64,000 bases of DNA from Corynebacterium sp. (lineage in GTDB: Bacteria; Actinomycetota; Actinomycetes; Mycobacteriales; Mycobacteriaceae), in the NCBI RefSeq assembly GCF_030532965.1, contig NZ_JAUNKC010000007.1:50046-114045 (forward strand), read 5' to 3'. This document shows positions 10,115-19,539 of the stretch, one piece after another. Both the position numbers and the translations under genes were made by a program. The notes beneath the pieces were generated by a model. That model saw nothing but the letters and a program-made list of their open reading frames with translations. It was not told the origin of the DNA and ran no database searches. Within the stretch, counting starts at the first letter, position 1. Every line of letters starts with the position of its first letter.

Positions 10115-11110
10115 TTAGGCTTTCTTTTCGCGACTTCGGCGAAGATTGTCGGCGAAGACTGCGATGAGGATGACGATGCCGATGGAGACTTTCTGCCATT
10201 CCTGCGGAATGGACATGATTTGGAGGCCGTTGGCCAGAACCGCCATGAGCAGCGCACCGATGAAGGTGCCGAAAATGGTGGCCCGACCGCCCGAAAGTGA
10301 GGTGCCGCCGATGACGACTGCGGCGATCGCTTCCAGCTCATAGCCCATGCCGGTGGCCGGTTGGGCGGAATTGAGCCGGGCGGATAACAGGATTGCGGCT
10401 AATGCCGTGAAGATTCCCGCGAAGGTGTAGATGGCGATCAGCCAGTTCCGGGTGTTGACACCGGAGATGCGGGTGGCTTCTTCATTGGAACCGATCGAGA
10501 GGGCGTAGCGGCCAAGCAGGGTTTTGGACATCACCACTGCCGCGATGATGGCGCAGATGATGAATACCAGGGCGGCATTGGGGAACTCTGGTATGACCTC
10601 GCCTTGAGATATAGCGGCAAAGGCGGGGACATCGGTGAGGTAGATCGGGGTGGATTTGGTGATAATCAAGGCAAGGCCTTGGGCGACCATCATCATGGCA
10701 AGGGTGGCGATGAACGGCGGGATTTTAAAGATTGCCACGTTCATGCCGTTGATAAATCCCATGAATGCGCCAAAGGCGATGGCGGCGATGATACCGATTG
10801 GCAGTGGCAGCCCTAACCAGTCTCCGCTTAAGAACACACCGGTCATGACGGCGCACAGGGTCATGCCGGTGCCGACCGACAGGTCGATGCCGGAGGTGGC
10901 GATGACGAAGGTGGCGCCAAGGGCCATCGTGCCGATCACCGCAGAAGACAGCAGAATGGATGTGATGTTGCCCCACTGGAAGAAATTGTCAGTGGATACG
11001 GAGAAGAAGATGAAGATCAAGGCCAGGGCTGCCAGCGCCAGCAATTGTTGTAGTTGAGCGCCAAGCCGTGCGTTAAGGGTGCTTGCGGTCGTGGTAGATT
11101 GCGCAGACAT
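10115..11110 (-). CDS. Sugar ABC transporter permease (RbsC-like, ~10 TM).
   Basis: 331 aa, multi-TM, branched-chain/ribose permease family. Overlaps the ATPase stop. Confidence 0.8.
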   Translation of the reverse strand: MSAQSTTTASTLNARLGAQLQQLLALAALALIFIFFSVSTDNFFQWGNITSILLSSAVIGTMALGATFVIATSGIDLSVGTGMTLCAVMTGVFLSGDWLGLPLPIGIIAAIAFGAFMGFINGMNVAIFKIPPFIATLAMMMVAQGLALIITKSTPIYLTDVPAFAAISQGEVIPEFPNAALVFIICAIIAAVVMSKTLLGRYALSIGSNEEATRISGVNTRNWLIAIYTFAGIFTALAAILLSARLNSAQPATGMGYELEAIAAVVIGGTSLSGGRATIFGTFIGALLMAVLANGLQIMSIPQEWQKVSIGIVILIAVFADNLRRSREKKA

Positions 11111-12633
11111 TAGGCCACCTCCTTATCGGTGTCGCGGAATTTGGTTGCCAGTTCCATGATTGATTCTTGGTTTGCCTCGGAGTTTTCCAAGATGCCGGTC
11201 ATGCGGCCGTTACACATCACGCCAATTCGGTCGCAGATGCGCAGCACCTCGGGGAGTTCGGAGGAGATGACGATGAGTGATTTTCCTTCGGCGCAAAGTT
11301 CGTTCAAAAGGGCGTAGATTTCGTCCTTGGCGCCAACGTCGATGCCTCGGGTGGGCTCATCGACAATGAGGATGTCGCAGTCGCGGACCAGCCACTTGCC
11401 GATGATGACTTTTTGCTGGTTTCCGCCGGAAAGATTGCGGATGATTTGGTGGATGCTGGGGGTTTTGATCTTTAAGCGATCCACCTGGGCTTGGGTGTCG
11501 CGAGCAATGTCGGCTTCGCGAATGATCCCGAACTTCGAATATTTGGTGGACAGCGACGAGAGCGCGGTATTGGCTTTGACATCCATGTCCAGCAGGAGCC
11601 CGTATTGTTTGCGGTCCTCCGACAGATAGCCGATGCCGTGCTCGACCGCGTCCGCTGGCGAACGAAGGTGAACTTTCTTGCCCGCAACGGAGACCGTCCC
11701 GGCGCTTTTCGGGTCGGCACCGACGATGGCGCGGGCGAGTTCGGTGCGCCCGGCCCCCATGAGGCCCGCGATGCCGAAGATTTCGCCGCGCCGCAACTCG
11801 AAGCTGACATCTTTGACCAGGTCGCGGGTGGAGAGCTTGTCGACGCTCAAGACAACCGGCTGCCCTTGGAAGTCTTTGGGCTCCGGTCGGACATCCGTGA
11901 CAATCTGGCGTCCCACCATGGCTGCGATGATGTCCTTGATGGGCGTTTCGGCGGTTTCGAGCGTGGTGACGTATTGGCCATCGCGAAGCACCGTCACCCG
12001 GTCGGTAATCTCGGCGATTTCGTCCATGCGGTGTGAGATATACACCATGCCGGTTTCGGGGGACACGAAATTGCGGATGAGCCCCATCAAGGTTTCGATC
12101 TCGGTATCGGTGAGGGCGGCAGTGGGCTCGTCCATCACCAAAATCTTGCAGTCAAACGAAAGTGCTTTGGCGATTTCCACCATTTGCTGCCGGGCCACCG
12201 TGAGGTCGCGGATATAGGCGCGGGGATTGACGTCGATCCCGAGTTTGGTCAGCAATTGCTCGGCGTTTTTCACCATCGCATTGTCGTTGAGTAAGAGCCC
12301 ACCGGTTTTAGCCTCCCGACCCATGTAGATGTTTTGGGCGACAGTCATGTCGGGCACCAAGTTGAGTTCTTGGTGGATGATCGAAATTCCTTTTTCCTGT
12401 GCGTCGCGTGGCCCGGTGACATCGCTTTCGTGTCCATTGATGTAGATGCTGCCGCCTGGGTCCGCGGTATAGACGCCGGTGAGGATCTTCATCAGGGTGG
12501 ACTTGCCTGCACCGTTTTCACCGCATAAGCCCAATACTTCATTGTGGCGCAGGGTGAGCATCACATCGTCCAAAGCTTTGACGCCTGGGAAGGTTTTTGA
12601 GATGTGTTCAAGGCGAAGTAAATCGGTGGTCAT
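11110..12633 (-). CDS. Sugar ABC transporter ATP-binding protein with duplicated ABC domains (RbsA-like).
   Basis: Two Walker A motifs (GENGAGKST, second domain) and two LSGGNQQK signatures. The preferred start is ATG 12633 (MTTDLLRLEHISKTFPGVKAL) with SD AAGGAGG 9 nt upstream. The ORF-track start is 12687. Confidence 0.85.
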   Translation of the reverse strand: MTTDLLRLEHISKTFPGVKALDDVMLTLRHNEVLGLCGENGAGKSTLMKILTGVYTADPGGSIYINGHESDVTGPRDAQEKGISIIHQELNLVPDMTVAQNIYMGREAKTGGLLLNDNAMVKNAEQLLTKLGIDVNPRAYIRDLTVARQQMVEIAKALSFDCKILVMDEPTAALTDTEIETLMGLIRNFVSPETGMVYISHRMDEIAEITDRVTVLRDGQYVTTLETAETPIKDIIAAMVGRQIVTDVRPEPKDFQGQPVVLSVDKLSTRDLVKDVSFELRRGEIFGIAGLMGAGRTELARAIVGADPKSAGTVSVAGKKVHLRSPADAVEHGIGYLSEDRKQYGLLLDMDVKANTALSSLSTKYSKFGIIREADIARDTQAQVDRLKIKTPSIHQIIRNLSGGNQQKVIIGKWLVRDCDILIVDEPTRGIDVGAKDEIYALLNELCAEGKSLIVISSELPEVLRICDRIGVMCNGRMTGILENSEANQESIMELATKFRDTDKEVA

Positions 12634-12739
12634 TGCCTGCCGCCTCCTTTCACTTGTTTCAGTGGAAGCAAATGAGGCTTGGAACACACTCAGCTTTTAT
12701 TGTGGGGTGCCTCACTTACCGCTCTAGGCTCAGCTTGCA

Positions 12740-12753
12740 TGATAGCGCTAACA
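12740..12753. promoter_or_regulatory. Candidate LacI-family operator palindrome TGATAGCGCTAACA upstream of the fuc operon.
   Basis: Matches the LacI-type consensus TGnnAnCGnTnnCA at every constrained position. ~107 nt upstream of the first gene start. The LacI regulator is encoded in the same operon. Confidence 0.4.
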
Positions 12754-13244
12754 TTGGCAAGCGATTCCGATAGAAAATGAAAAAGATCCCAACAGCTTTA
12801 CCCCCGCTAGAATCCGAAATTTCCACACACATTTTCGGTGCACATCGCCGCTAATCGACGCATATGCAAGTCGGCCCAAACAGTCAACCAGCCCGCACCC
12901 AGAGAGGGTAATTACCGTGCTAAATGGCCAAATTTTCCATCCTGTTATGTGAAGGTTCACATTAGCAAGACCTTAACCAAACCTCCATAAAAACCACCCA
13001 TCAGATGACCGAATATCACGAGCGATACACCACCCCCACGATCACAGATTTTTAAGCATTCTTGGTTGGATATTTCCACATTGCCCACCATGGGGCGTCG
13101 AAAAGCGAAAACCGCTGCAAAAATCTTGAATTTTTATTAACTTTAGATAGCTTAAAGCTAATTTATGTATGATAATTGCACTAGATTGCAGTTAATACAC
13201 ATCGGAGGAACCACACGTATGCGTCGCCTTTTCTGTCGTGCTGG

Positions 13245-13499
13245 ATGGCAGCCGCCCTCACATTCACGACAATCGTTCCCGCAGCTCACAGCGCCGAAAC
13301 CCCTCCGCAGCCCCGCAGCGCAAGCGCCACAACGTCCGCCCAAACAACGCCACCGGAGACGCAACGCCGCGGCCAAGACTTCGATCTGGGCACCATCATC
13401 AGCATCATTGTTAGCGTTGTCGCCAGCATCGGGGTATCGCTCATTGGGCTCGCTCCCCTGCTGAATTATTATCTGCAAAAACATCCCCGGTTTCGTTAG
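13245..13499 (+). CDS. Small (84 aa) Pro/Thr-rich protein with a signal-peptide-like N-terminus and a C-terminal TM helix. Start uncertain, possibly frameshifted relative to the ATG at 13219.
   Basis: Hydrophobic C-terminus IISIIVSVVASIGVSLIGLAPLL. AHSA-E cleavage-like site. A strong SD GGAGGA (13204-13209) serves the out-of-frame ATG 13219. Confidence 0.3.
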   Translation: MAAALTFTTIVPAAHSAETPPQPRSASATTSAQTTPPETQRRGQDFDLGTIISIIVSVVASIGVSLIGLAPLLNYYLQKHPRFR

Positions 13500-13552
13500 G
13501 GAAGACTAAAATCTCAAGGCACATATCACACGTCATGTGAAAGGCCGTCCGC

Positions 13553-14467
13553 GTGGATTCCGTCATTCGTCCCAACCTTAAAAACCTCGAATCGCCATTT
13601 GCCGAATTCGCCGCAGCAAATCTGCGCCGAACCACGAAGCTAACGCTTATACCCGTCACCACACCGCTCGCCGCTACCGCCTCACGCACTGGCAATACGG
13701 CGGCAGTGACGCCAAACCATCCGTGGCCCGTTGATTCCTCTGGCAACCCGATGCAGCATCTCGCGCAGCTTAACCTCGCCGAACTGCCCGCCCGAGAGGA
13801 ACTACCAACGGAAGGTTTGCTGCAGTTCTTCGTCACGGTGGATGACCACATGGGCACCACAAACGGTGCAACCCCCGACTACTCAGAAAGCGTCGTGCGC
13901 TACATTCCGGCAGCGGAACTAGAAACTGCCACCACCGAAACCCACGATCACGTCGCGAGCACCTTTTCCATCGACCAATTCACGATCACTGGTGCCCTCT
14001 ACGACCAGGCACCGCAATGCGGCGACTACCAGTTCAGCGCGGTAGCGGAACAGGCGGGCATTTACACAGAAGAAGAGGATTTCCTCGACTCCATCGGATT
14101 CTATGATGACGAAGACTTCGAGGACCTCGACGAAGAAGACGTCCTTGAAGAACACGGGTGGCAGGATCCACTTGACGCGCTAGCGGACGTCACCGACAAT
14201 TACGCTCAGCTTTTCCTCGGTGGCTGGACCCAGCACCCACAGCAAGATCCGCGCGGCTACCTCAACGACCAGAATTCACGGTACTTTCATCCGCATTTCC
14301 AAACCCAAAACATGCAGCTACTTCTGCAACTCGCATCCGTCACCGACCCCGCTACCGGTGCCCGCATCGATATTGGCCACGATGGGATTCTACACTTCTT
14401 CATCGGCGACAAAGATTTAGCCAACCTTGATTTCAGCACCCCACTGTACAGCTTTAGCACCCACTAG
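13553..14467 (+). CDS. DUF1963 (YwqG-like) domain protein, paralog 1.
   Basis: GTG start. The motif ...HPWPVDSSGNPMQHLAQLNLAELP...EGLLQFFV... matches the DUF1963 pattern (WP...P..F.AQINL.ELP...GLL.FF). Acidic linker. Confidence 0.65.
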   Translation: MDSVIRPNLKNLESPFAEFAAANLRRTTKLTLIPVTTPLAATASRTGNTAAVTPNHPWPVDSSGNPMQHLAQLNLAELPAREELPTEGLLQFFVTVDDHMGTTNGATPDYSESVVRYIPAAELETATTETHDHVASTFSIDQFTITGALYDQAPQCGDYQFSAVAEQAGIYTEEEDFLDSIGFYDDEDFEDLDEEDVLEEHGWQDPLDALADVTDNYAQLFLGGWTQHPQQDPRGYLNDQNSRYFHPHFQTQNMQLLLQLASVTDPATGARIDIGHDGILHFFIGDKDLANLDFSTPLYSFSTH

Positions 14468-14505
14468 TCCCCCGCCCATCCCGTGATCCTAAGGAATGCT
14501 TCGCC

Positions 14506-15294
14506 GTGACTGATATCCGCCCAGCCCTCACCGATTTCTACAACACCACGACTCGCCCTGTCGTCGCCCTGAAATTACACCCCGTTTCTGGCTCTGGACC
14601 GCAAGAACTCGATCCGGCGAGTTCCCGGGTGGGATACCTCGGTGCGGTCACCCCGGATTTTCCCTGGCCCCGCGGCTACAACGACAAACCGATGTGTTTA
14701 ATCGCCCAGCTCAACCTCGCGGAACTACCGCCATTGACCGGCTACCCCACCGGTGGGCTTCTCCAGTTCTTCGTTGCGGATGATTTCTCCTTTGGATCCG
14801 ACGAAGCCGCAACCGGCGGCAAGCCGGGGTGTCTGGTGCGTCTCATACCTGCCGACGAGCTTGATAAGGCCCAAGCCGCCGAACATATTCCGGATAATGC
14901 CGAATTTCTTTTAAGCGGCGGGCACTTCACGGTCACCGGCACCCATATTCAGCAGGGGATCAGCAGTGCCGAAAACCCCGTTGTGCTGAACGAACTCGCC
15001 GAGCACGGCCTGCCTACGGATGCCACTACTGCCCGGAAACTGCGGCGGATCATCACCGCACACCAGCCAGAACCATATCCCTCGATTTTCGGCGATGGGT
15101 GGGGCTACTTCTTCCACTGGGATCCCCGTGAGGTCGGCGACGGTCAGCGGCTTCTCCTCCAGCTTCATGCATACAGCACGCAGGACGTCCAATTGGTCCT
15201 AGGCAATGAGGGGTGCATGAGTTTCCTCATCGACGACCATGACCTTCAACGCTGCGACTTTAGCAATATCACGTATCTCTTGGAAGTCTCCTAA
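14506..15294 (+). CDS. DUF1963 (YwqG-like) domain protein, paralog 2.
   Basis: The motif ...DFPWPRGYNDKPMCLIAQLNLAELPPLTGYPTGGLLQFFVADD... is the same as in the upstream gene. 38-nt spacing, same strand. Confidence 0.65.
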   Translation: MTDIRPALTDFYNTTTRPVVALKLHPVSGSGPQELDPASSRVGYLGAVTPDFPWPRGYNDKPMCLIAQLNLAELPPLTGYPTGGLLQFFVADDFSFGSDEAATGGKPGCLVRLIPADELDKAQAAEHIPDNAEFLLSGGHFTVTGTHIQQGISSAENPVVLNELAEHGLPTDATTARKLRRIITAHQPEPYPSIFGDGWGYFFHWDPREVGDGQRLLLQLHAYSTQDVQLVLGNEGCMSFLIDDHDLQRCDFSNITYLLEVS

Positions 15295-15440
15295 CGCCCG
15301 ATACCGCGCGGGCCGGGATCGTTACCGGATAACAGCTTGGCGACGCCCCCCACGTCGCCGACCAAAACGAACAAATAATAAAACCGCACCGCAGCACCAC
15401 AACTACAGATTCCGTTTAGATCGCCTTAGAAAGCAGAAAT

Positions 15441-16676
15441 ATGTCGGCAAATGACCACGTCCAGCCCAGTTTCGACGACTGCACGGATCCTCTGGCCAGC
15501 GACATGTTTACCTGCGTGCTCAAACAACTACGGTTGGGCCACATCCACTACCGCGACATAACCACCGAGCACCCCAAATCGATCCAATACAAGGATGTCC
15601 GCATCCCCATACAGGCCCTTGTAGAGTTCGCGTTAAACGAGCTGGACCTAAGTTCCACTACTGCCGACGAATGGGATACGGTGGATAAACTCCGGGAACT
15701 GGTTGGGTGGAACGCCATTAGCGGGCCTATGTGCAACTGGCTGAGGCGTAACCTTACCGAACCATACTTTCCGGCTACTCAAAACCCCTATGCAGTTACT
15801 ACGTGGAACCCCAAGCCCGAGGTGGATCTAACAGAAGTACCCCACGAACTACTAGAGTTTGCGTGCACCGTTGCGGTAGCCGATATCCGCTATTCGTCCC
15901 CAACCTCGCGCCAATACGCAGATATGCTGTTAAACCAGGCCAAGGCATTGGGTTCTGATACCCCACGCCGTCTGCGTGAAACCGGCAGCGGCGATCTGCC
16001 TGACACTATCGCCACTTCCGCTGGCGATAGTTGGCACGGGCAGGCAAATGACGTCTCCGGGATTATTTCCGTGACCGTGACGCAGGAAAATCCACACGCG
16101 TATCTCGCGGTGTTGGAGTACCTTATCCGCGTTATCTCCTGTCCTCTATTCCCCGCAAGCTACGGCATCGATTTCACCGGCCCCACCGAGGACTACCTCC
16201 CCATTCCGTATGTGGAGACCAACAGCATAAATCAGCTTTTCCAATGCGCTGCACGCTATCCCGAATTATTCGGAATCATCGCCGACTACGCTCGCGCAGC
16301 CATGAGGGAATACGAATGGTATCTCGGTTTAGAAGACGAGAACCGGGCAATGCCCGGGACGTTCGCGGTTTTTGCACTTGGGCTTTACGACGCCACCGCC
16401 GCCCCACTCGTCAACGACTACATGGAGCTTTGCGACGATGAGCACCAAGAAGTGCACGCGTTGTTCGTCGCCGCCGCCATCGAGAGAAATGGATATACCG
16501 CTACAACAATTGAGTACCTTGTTCGGTGCCTTGAGAATTGCCAAATAGAACCAGAATTGACTGAGATGACGGAGAAAACTCCTGATGCTGACGCGCGTGA
16601 GATTCTCAACGAGGTGGAAGCTAACGTTGACGAATACCTGTGGGAACGTATTCGCTACAGCATCTGGGGTGAATAG
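15441..16676 (+). CDS. Acidic hypothetical protein (411 aa) of unknown family.
   Basis: Long ORF with codon-consistent composition. No recognisable catalytic motifs. Downstream of the DUF1963 pair. Confidence 0.5.
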   Translation: MSANDHVQPSFDDCTDPLASDMFTCVLKQLRLGHIHYRDITTEHPKSIQYKDVRIPIQALVEFALNELDLSSTTADEWDTVDKLRELVGWNAISGPMCNWLRRNLTEPYFPATQNPYAVTTWNPKPEVDLTEVPHELLEFACTVAVADIRYSSPTSRQYADMLLNQAKALGSDTPRRLRETGSGDLPDTIATSAGDSWHGQANDVSGIISVTVTQENPHAYLAVLEYLIRVISCPLFPASYGIDFTGPTEDYLPIPYVETNSINQLFQCAARYPELFGIIADYARAAMREYEWYLGLEDENRAMPGTFAVFALGLYDATAAPLVNDYMELCDDEHQEVHALFVAAAIERNGYTATTIEYLVRCLENCQIEPELTEMTEKTPDADAREILNEVEANVDEYLWERIRYSIWGE

Positions 16677-17114
16677 TTTTCCATGCTACGTAGCCAAACC
16701 CGCCATGAATCACGCGACCGAAATAAGTGAAACGGCGTTATTCGAATAACACATTGCTGCGATAACAATCGCACTGGCCAAGTGGGGTCGGGCAGCGAAT
16801 CCAGCATCCAATTCCGCAAGGTTTCAAACAGTTGCTTTACTAAACCCGCCACAAACTCGCGACTGGTAAAGAATACAACCGTGGCCCTAAAAGCCTTCCC
16901 TCGTAGTCCGTGCTAAAACCAATCCCCGCTACAAATTTGTCCCCGTATTTATCACGCAATGTTGAGATGATGAGACGCGGCTCTTGAGGCGTCGAAAAGC
17001 AAGAAACTTATCCATGCCACAGTGTGCGAACTGCTGCCAATGTGGCCTGGCTAACGCACTATTTATGCAGCTTAACCCTTTACCTTCCCACTATGCGGTG
17101 CTAGGTTTTAGGCT

Positions 17115-18155
17115 ATGTCGGCACCGCAGAAGGACCCGTCACCGTTGGCAGCCCCAACACGAAGGTCAACCGCGCGCTCTAACCGCCGCAGGAATCTGGC
17201 GCGGACCATCGTCGCGGTCCTGGCGATAATTGGGGTTTGGCACGTCGTGGCAACAGTAACAGGCAAGGCTAGAGTCGGGTATTTCCAGTCCGTCGCTGGC
17301 CGTAACGCCTACGCAGCCGCATACCGCGATGCCATGACGCTCATGCCCCCGCTGACGAAACAACATGATATCCAGACGGACTACGGCACAGTGCGCGTTT
17401 ACGAGTGGAGCACACCCGCGACTGCGGATTCAACTCCTATAGTGCTGTTACCGGGGCGTTCGTCAGGGGTGCCCATGTGGGCAGCCAATCTGCCGAGCTT
17501 TGCCGAAACTCACCGCGTTGTGGCATTCGATGCGCTTGGCGACGCTGGCATGTCAGCCCAATCGGCCCCATTAATCTCAATGGCGGACCAAGCTGAATGG
17601 ATTGACCAGGTCATGGATGCCGTAGCCCCTATGGGCGCGCACTTTGTTGGCCATTCCTTCAGTGGGGCGACCGCAACCGCGTATGCGTACACCCATCCGG
17701 AACGCGTCGTATCCCTTGCGCTTCTCGAACCGGTCTTCACTTTCGCGTATCCACCTGCGTCCATGATGGCTTGGGTACTTGTGGCATCGATTCCCGGCGT
17801 CCCCGATAGCATTCGCAACCAGGCACTTAACCGCATCGGCGGTGTCGAAGACGACCACGATGACGATGACGCCCTGGCGCGCATGATCGCATTAGGGACA
17901 AAGCATTACCGTGCGCAACTGCCAACCCCGTCACTGCTAACCGCATACACCGCAGCGGCGCTATCTATGCCGGTCTACGTTGCGATAGCCAGCGACAGCT
18001 CACTTGCTGGCGGGCAAAAAGCGGCGGATAAGGCTCATCAATTGCTTGACGACGTCACAGTGCACACGTGGCCGAACACCACCCATTCTCTTCCGATGCA
18101 GGCGCCCGACGAATTGGCTACCCACTTGCAGAAACTTTGGGATAGCGCGAAGTAG
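17115..18155 (+). CDS. Alpha/beta-hydrolase fold protein with an N-terminal TM segment.
   Basis: Nucleophile elbow GHSFSG. Catalytic-triad-compatible Asp/His downstream. N-terminal RRRNLARTIVAVLAIIGVWHVVATV. Confidence 0.7.
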   Translation: MSAPQKDPSPLAAPTRRSTARSNRRRNLARTIVAVLAIIGVWHVVATVTGKARVGYFQSVAGRNAYAAAYRDAMTLMPPLTKQHDIQTDYGTVRVYEWSTPATADSTPIVLLPGRSSGVPMWAANLPSFAETHRVVAFDALGDAGMSAQSAPLISMADQAEWIDQVMDAVAPMGAHFVGHSFSGATATAYAYTHPERVVSLALLEPVFTFAYPPASMMAWVLVASIPGVPDSIRNQALNRIGGVEDDHDDDDALARMIALGTKHYRAQLPTPSLLTAYTAAALSMPVYVAIASDSSLAGGQKAADKAHQLLDDVTVHTWPNTTHSLPMQAPDELATHLQKLWDSAK

Positions 18156-18220
18156 GAAATTATCACAACTCAACGGCTCAAGGACTTGCGTCGTACCCGT
18201 TTTGAGCTAGCAATATGCGG

Positions 18221-18260
18221 AAGATAGTAAGAGATAGTAAAGGATAATAAGAGATAGTAA
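18221..18260. repeat. Four tandem 10-bp units (A/G)AGATAGTAA (one degenerate) immediately upstream of the ATPase gene.
   Basis: aagatagtaa gagatagtaa aggataataa gagatagtaa at 18221-18260. AT-rich, 10-bp phasing. 20 nt before ATG 18281. Confidence 0.6.
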
Positions 18261-18280
18261 AAATAATGTAGATTTATGTC

Positions 18281-19429
18281 ATGAGCCGTGTACGCAATCC
18301 TTTCAAAGCCACATTGGGAGCAACCCCGCCATACCTTGCTGGTCGTGAACAAGAAATTGAAGACTTCAAGGATGCGCTTTTCGACGGCCCAGGCGCACAT
18401 GAACGAGTTTCCCTCATTACCGGCCTTAGTGGCGTGGGTAAAACTGTATTGCTTAATGCATTTCAAGATGTCGCACGAGCCGAATCTTGGTGGGTTATCG
18501 CCGAGACTGCAACCCCTGGTTTTACCCAACGCATTCAAGATGCAGCGTACCGGATCATCCAAGAGAACTTTCGCATCCACAAGAAAACTCTTACAGGTGT
18601 AAACATCGCCTCGCTAGGAGGCTTGCAGTTCACTGAGACAGAGAAATATCGTCCAAATACAACGTTACGGGATGTCCTCACGAATCTTTTCACGTTGCAG
18701 GCACATATTGATGCCCAAATTGGACAGGAACCTGTGGGAGTGCTTATCACCTTAGATGAGCTGCATTGTAACCGAAAAGAAGAAGTTATTGACTTCGGGG
18801 CGACCATTCAGCATTTGGTCCGTGAAAACTGCGAGATTGCCGTAACCATGGCAGGCATTCCACAATCCGTGAAACCACTTTTGGCGGCTGATTCTGGGCA
18901 AAATCCCGTAGCGTTCCTACGCCGCGCCAACAAAATTGCACTGGGGCTGGTCACTGATTCCGATGTCCGCACAGCCCTTTCGTCCCCGCTAGCCTCATTA
19001 GATTTCGAATGGGAACCAGGCGCACTAGATCTAGCTGTTGAGATTTGTGGCGGCTACCCATTCATGATTCAGCTGGTAGGCCAATACCTGTTCCGCACTC
19101 GGGACGGAAACCGCATAACCTTAGACTCGGTTACAGCAAGTGGTGAACGCGCCCGCCACCGTCTCGGCGAGTTGGTTCACGAACCTTCCCTTTCAGATCT
19201 CTCCCCCACGGATCAAGATTTTCTTAAAGCGATGGCAGTTGACGACGGGCCGTCCAAAATGTCCGATATTGCCCAGCGACTTAATGTTGACGCGCAATAC
19301 GCAGGCAACTACCGACGTCGTCTTTTAGACGCCGAAATCATCTCAAGCCCCCGCTACGGGTATGTCAGTTTCGCTTTGCCCTATATGCGGCAATACCTTA
19401 CATCACCGACCAATTCCACACACTTTTAA
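18281..19429 (+). CDS. AAA-type ATPase (Arch_ATPase-like P-loop NTPase) with a C-terminal winged-helix.
   Basis: Walker A GLSGVGKT. Walker B VLITLDELH. N-terminal NPF...YLAGREQE motif. C-terminal HTH-like region. Lower GC than flanking DNA. Confidence 0.7.
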   Translation: MSRVRNPFKATLGATPPYLAGREQEIEDFKDALFDGPGAHERVSLITGLSGVGKTVLLNAFQDVARAESWWVIAETATPGFTQRIQDAAYRIIQENFRIHKKTLTGVNIASLGGLQFTETEKYRPNTTLRDVLTNLFTLQAHIDAQIGQEPVGVLITLDELHCNRKEEVIDFGATIQHLVRENCEIAVTMAGIPQSVKPLLAADSGQNPVAFLRRANKIALGLVTDSDVRTALSSPLASLDFEWEPGALDLAVEICGGYPFMIQLVGQYLFRTRDGNRITLDSVTASGERARHRLGELVHEPSLSDLSPTDQDFLKAMAVDDGPSKMSDIAQRLNVDAQYAGNYRRRLLDAEIISSPRYGYVSFALPYMRQYLTSPTNSTHF

Positions 19430-19539
19430 AAAAGATAAGGAAACGGCTTGATGCCTTATGATCCAGTTTCACGGTTGCGAGACTTTTAGGAAATAAACCA
19501 CGATCTACGTGGGAAAATGCAACCAAACAGCAAACTGGA

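Noticed and set aside
13165-13464. 99-aa ORF starting at ATG 13219 with a strong SD
   Set aside because: The product is Arg/Pro/Ala-rich low complexity (…RRLFCRAGWQPPSHSRQ…KQRHRRRNAAAK…). The overlapping -1 frame gives a far more protein-like peptide. It is kept only as evidence for a possible frameshift.
16696-16863. Direct repeats AAACCCGCCATGAATCACGCGAC and AAACCCGCCACAAACTCGCGAC, 146 bp apart, in the hydrolase upstream region
   Set aside because: Identity is only ~18/23 and there are no flanking features such as TIRs or an integrase. They may be duplicated regulator sites but are too weak to call.
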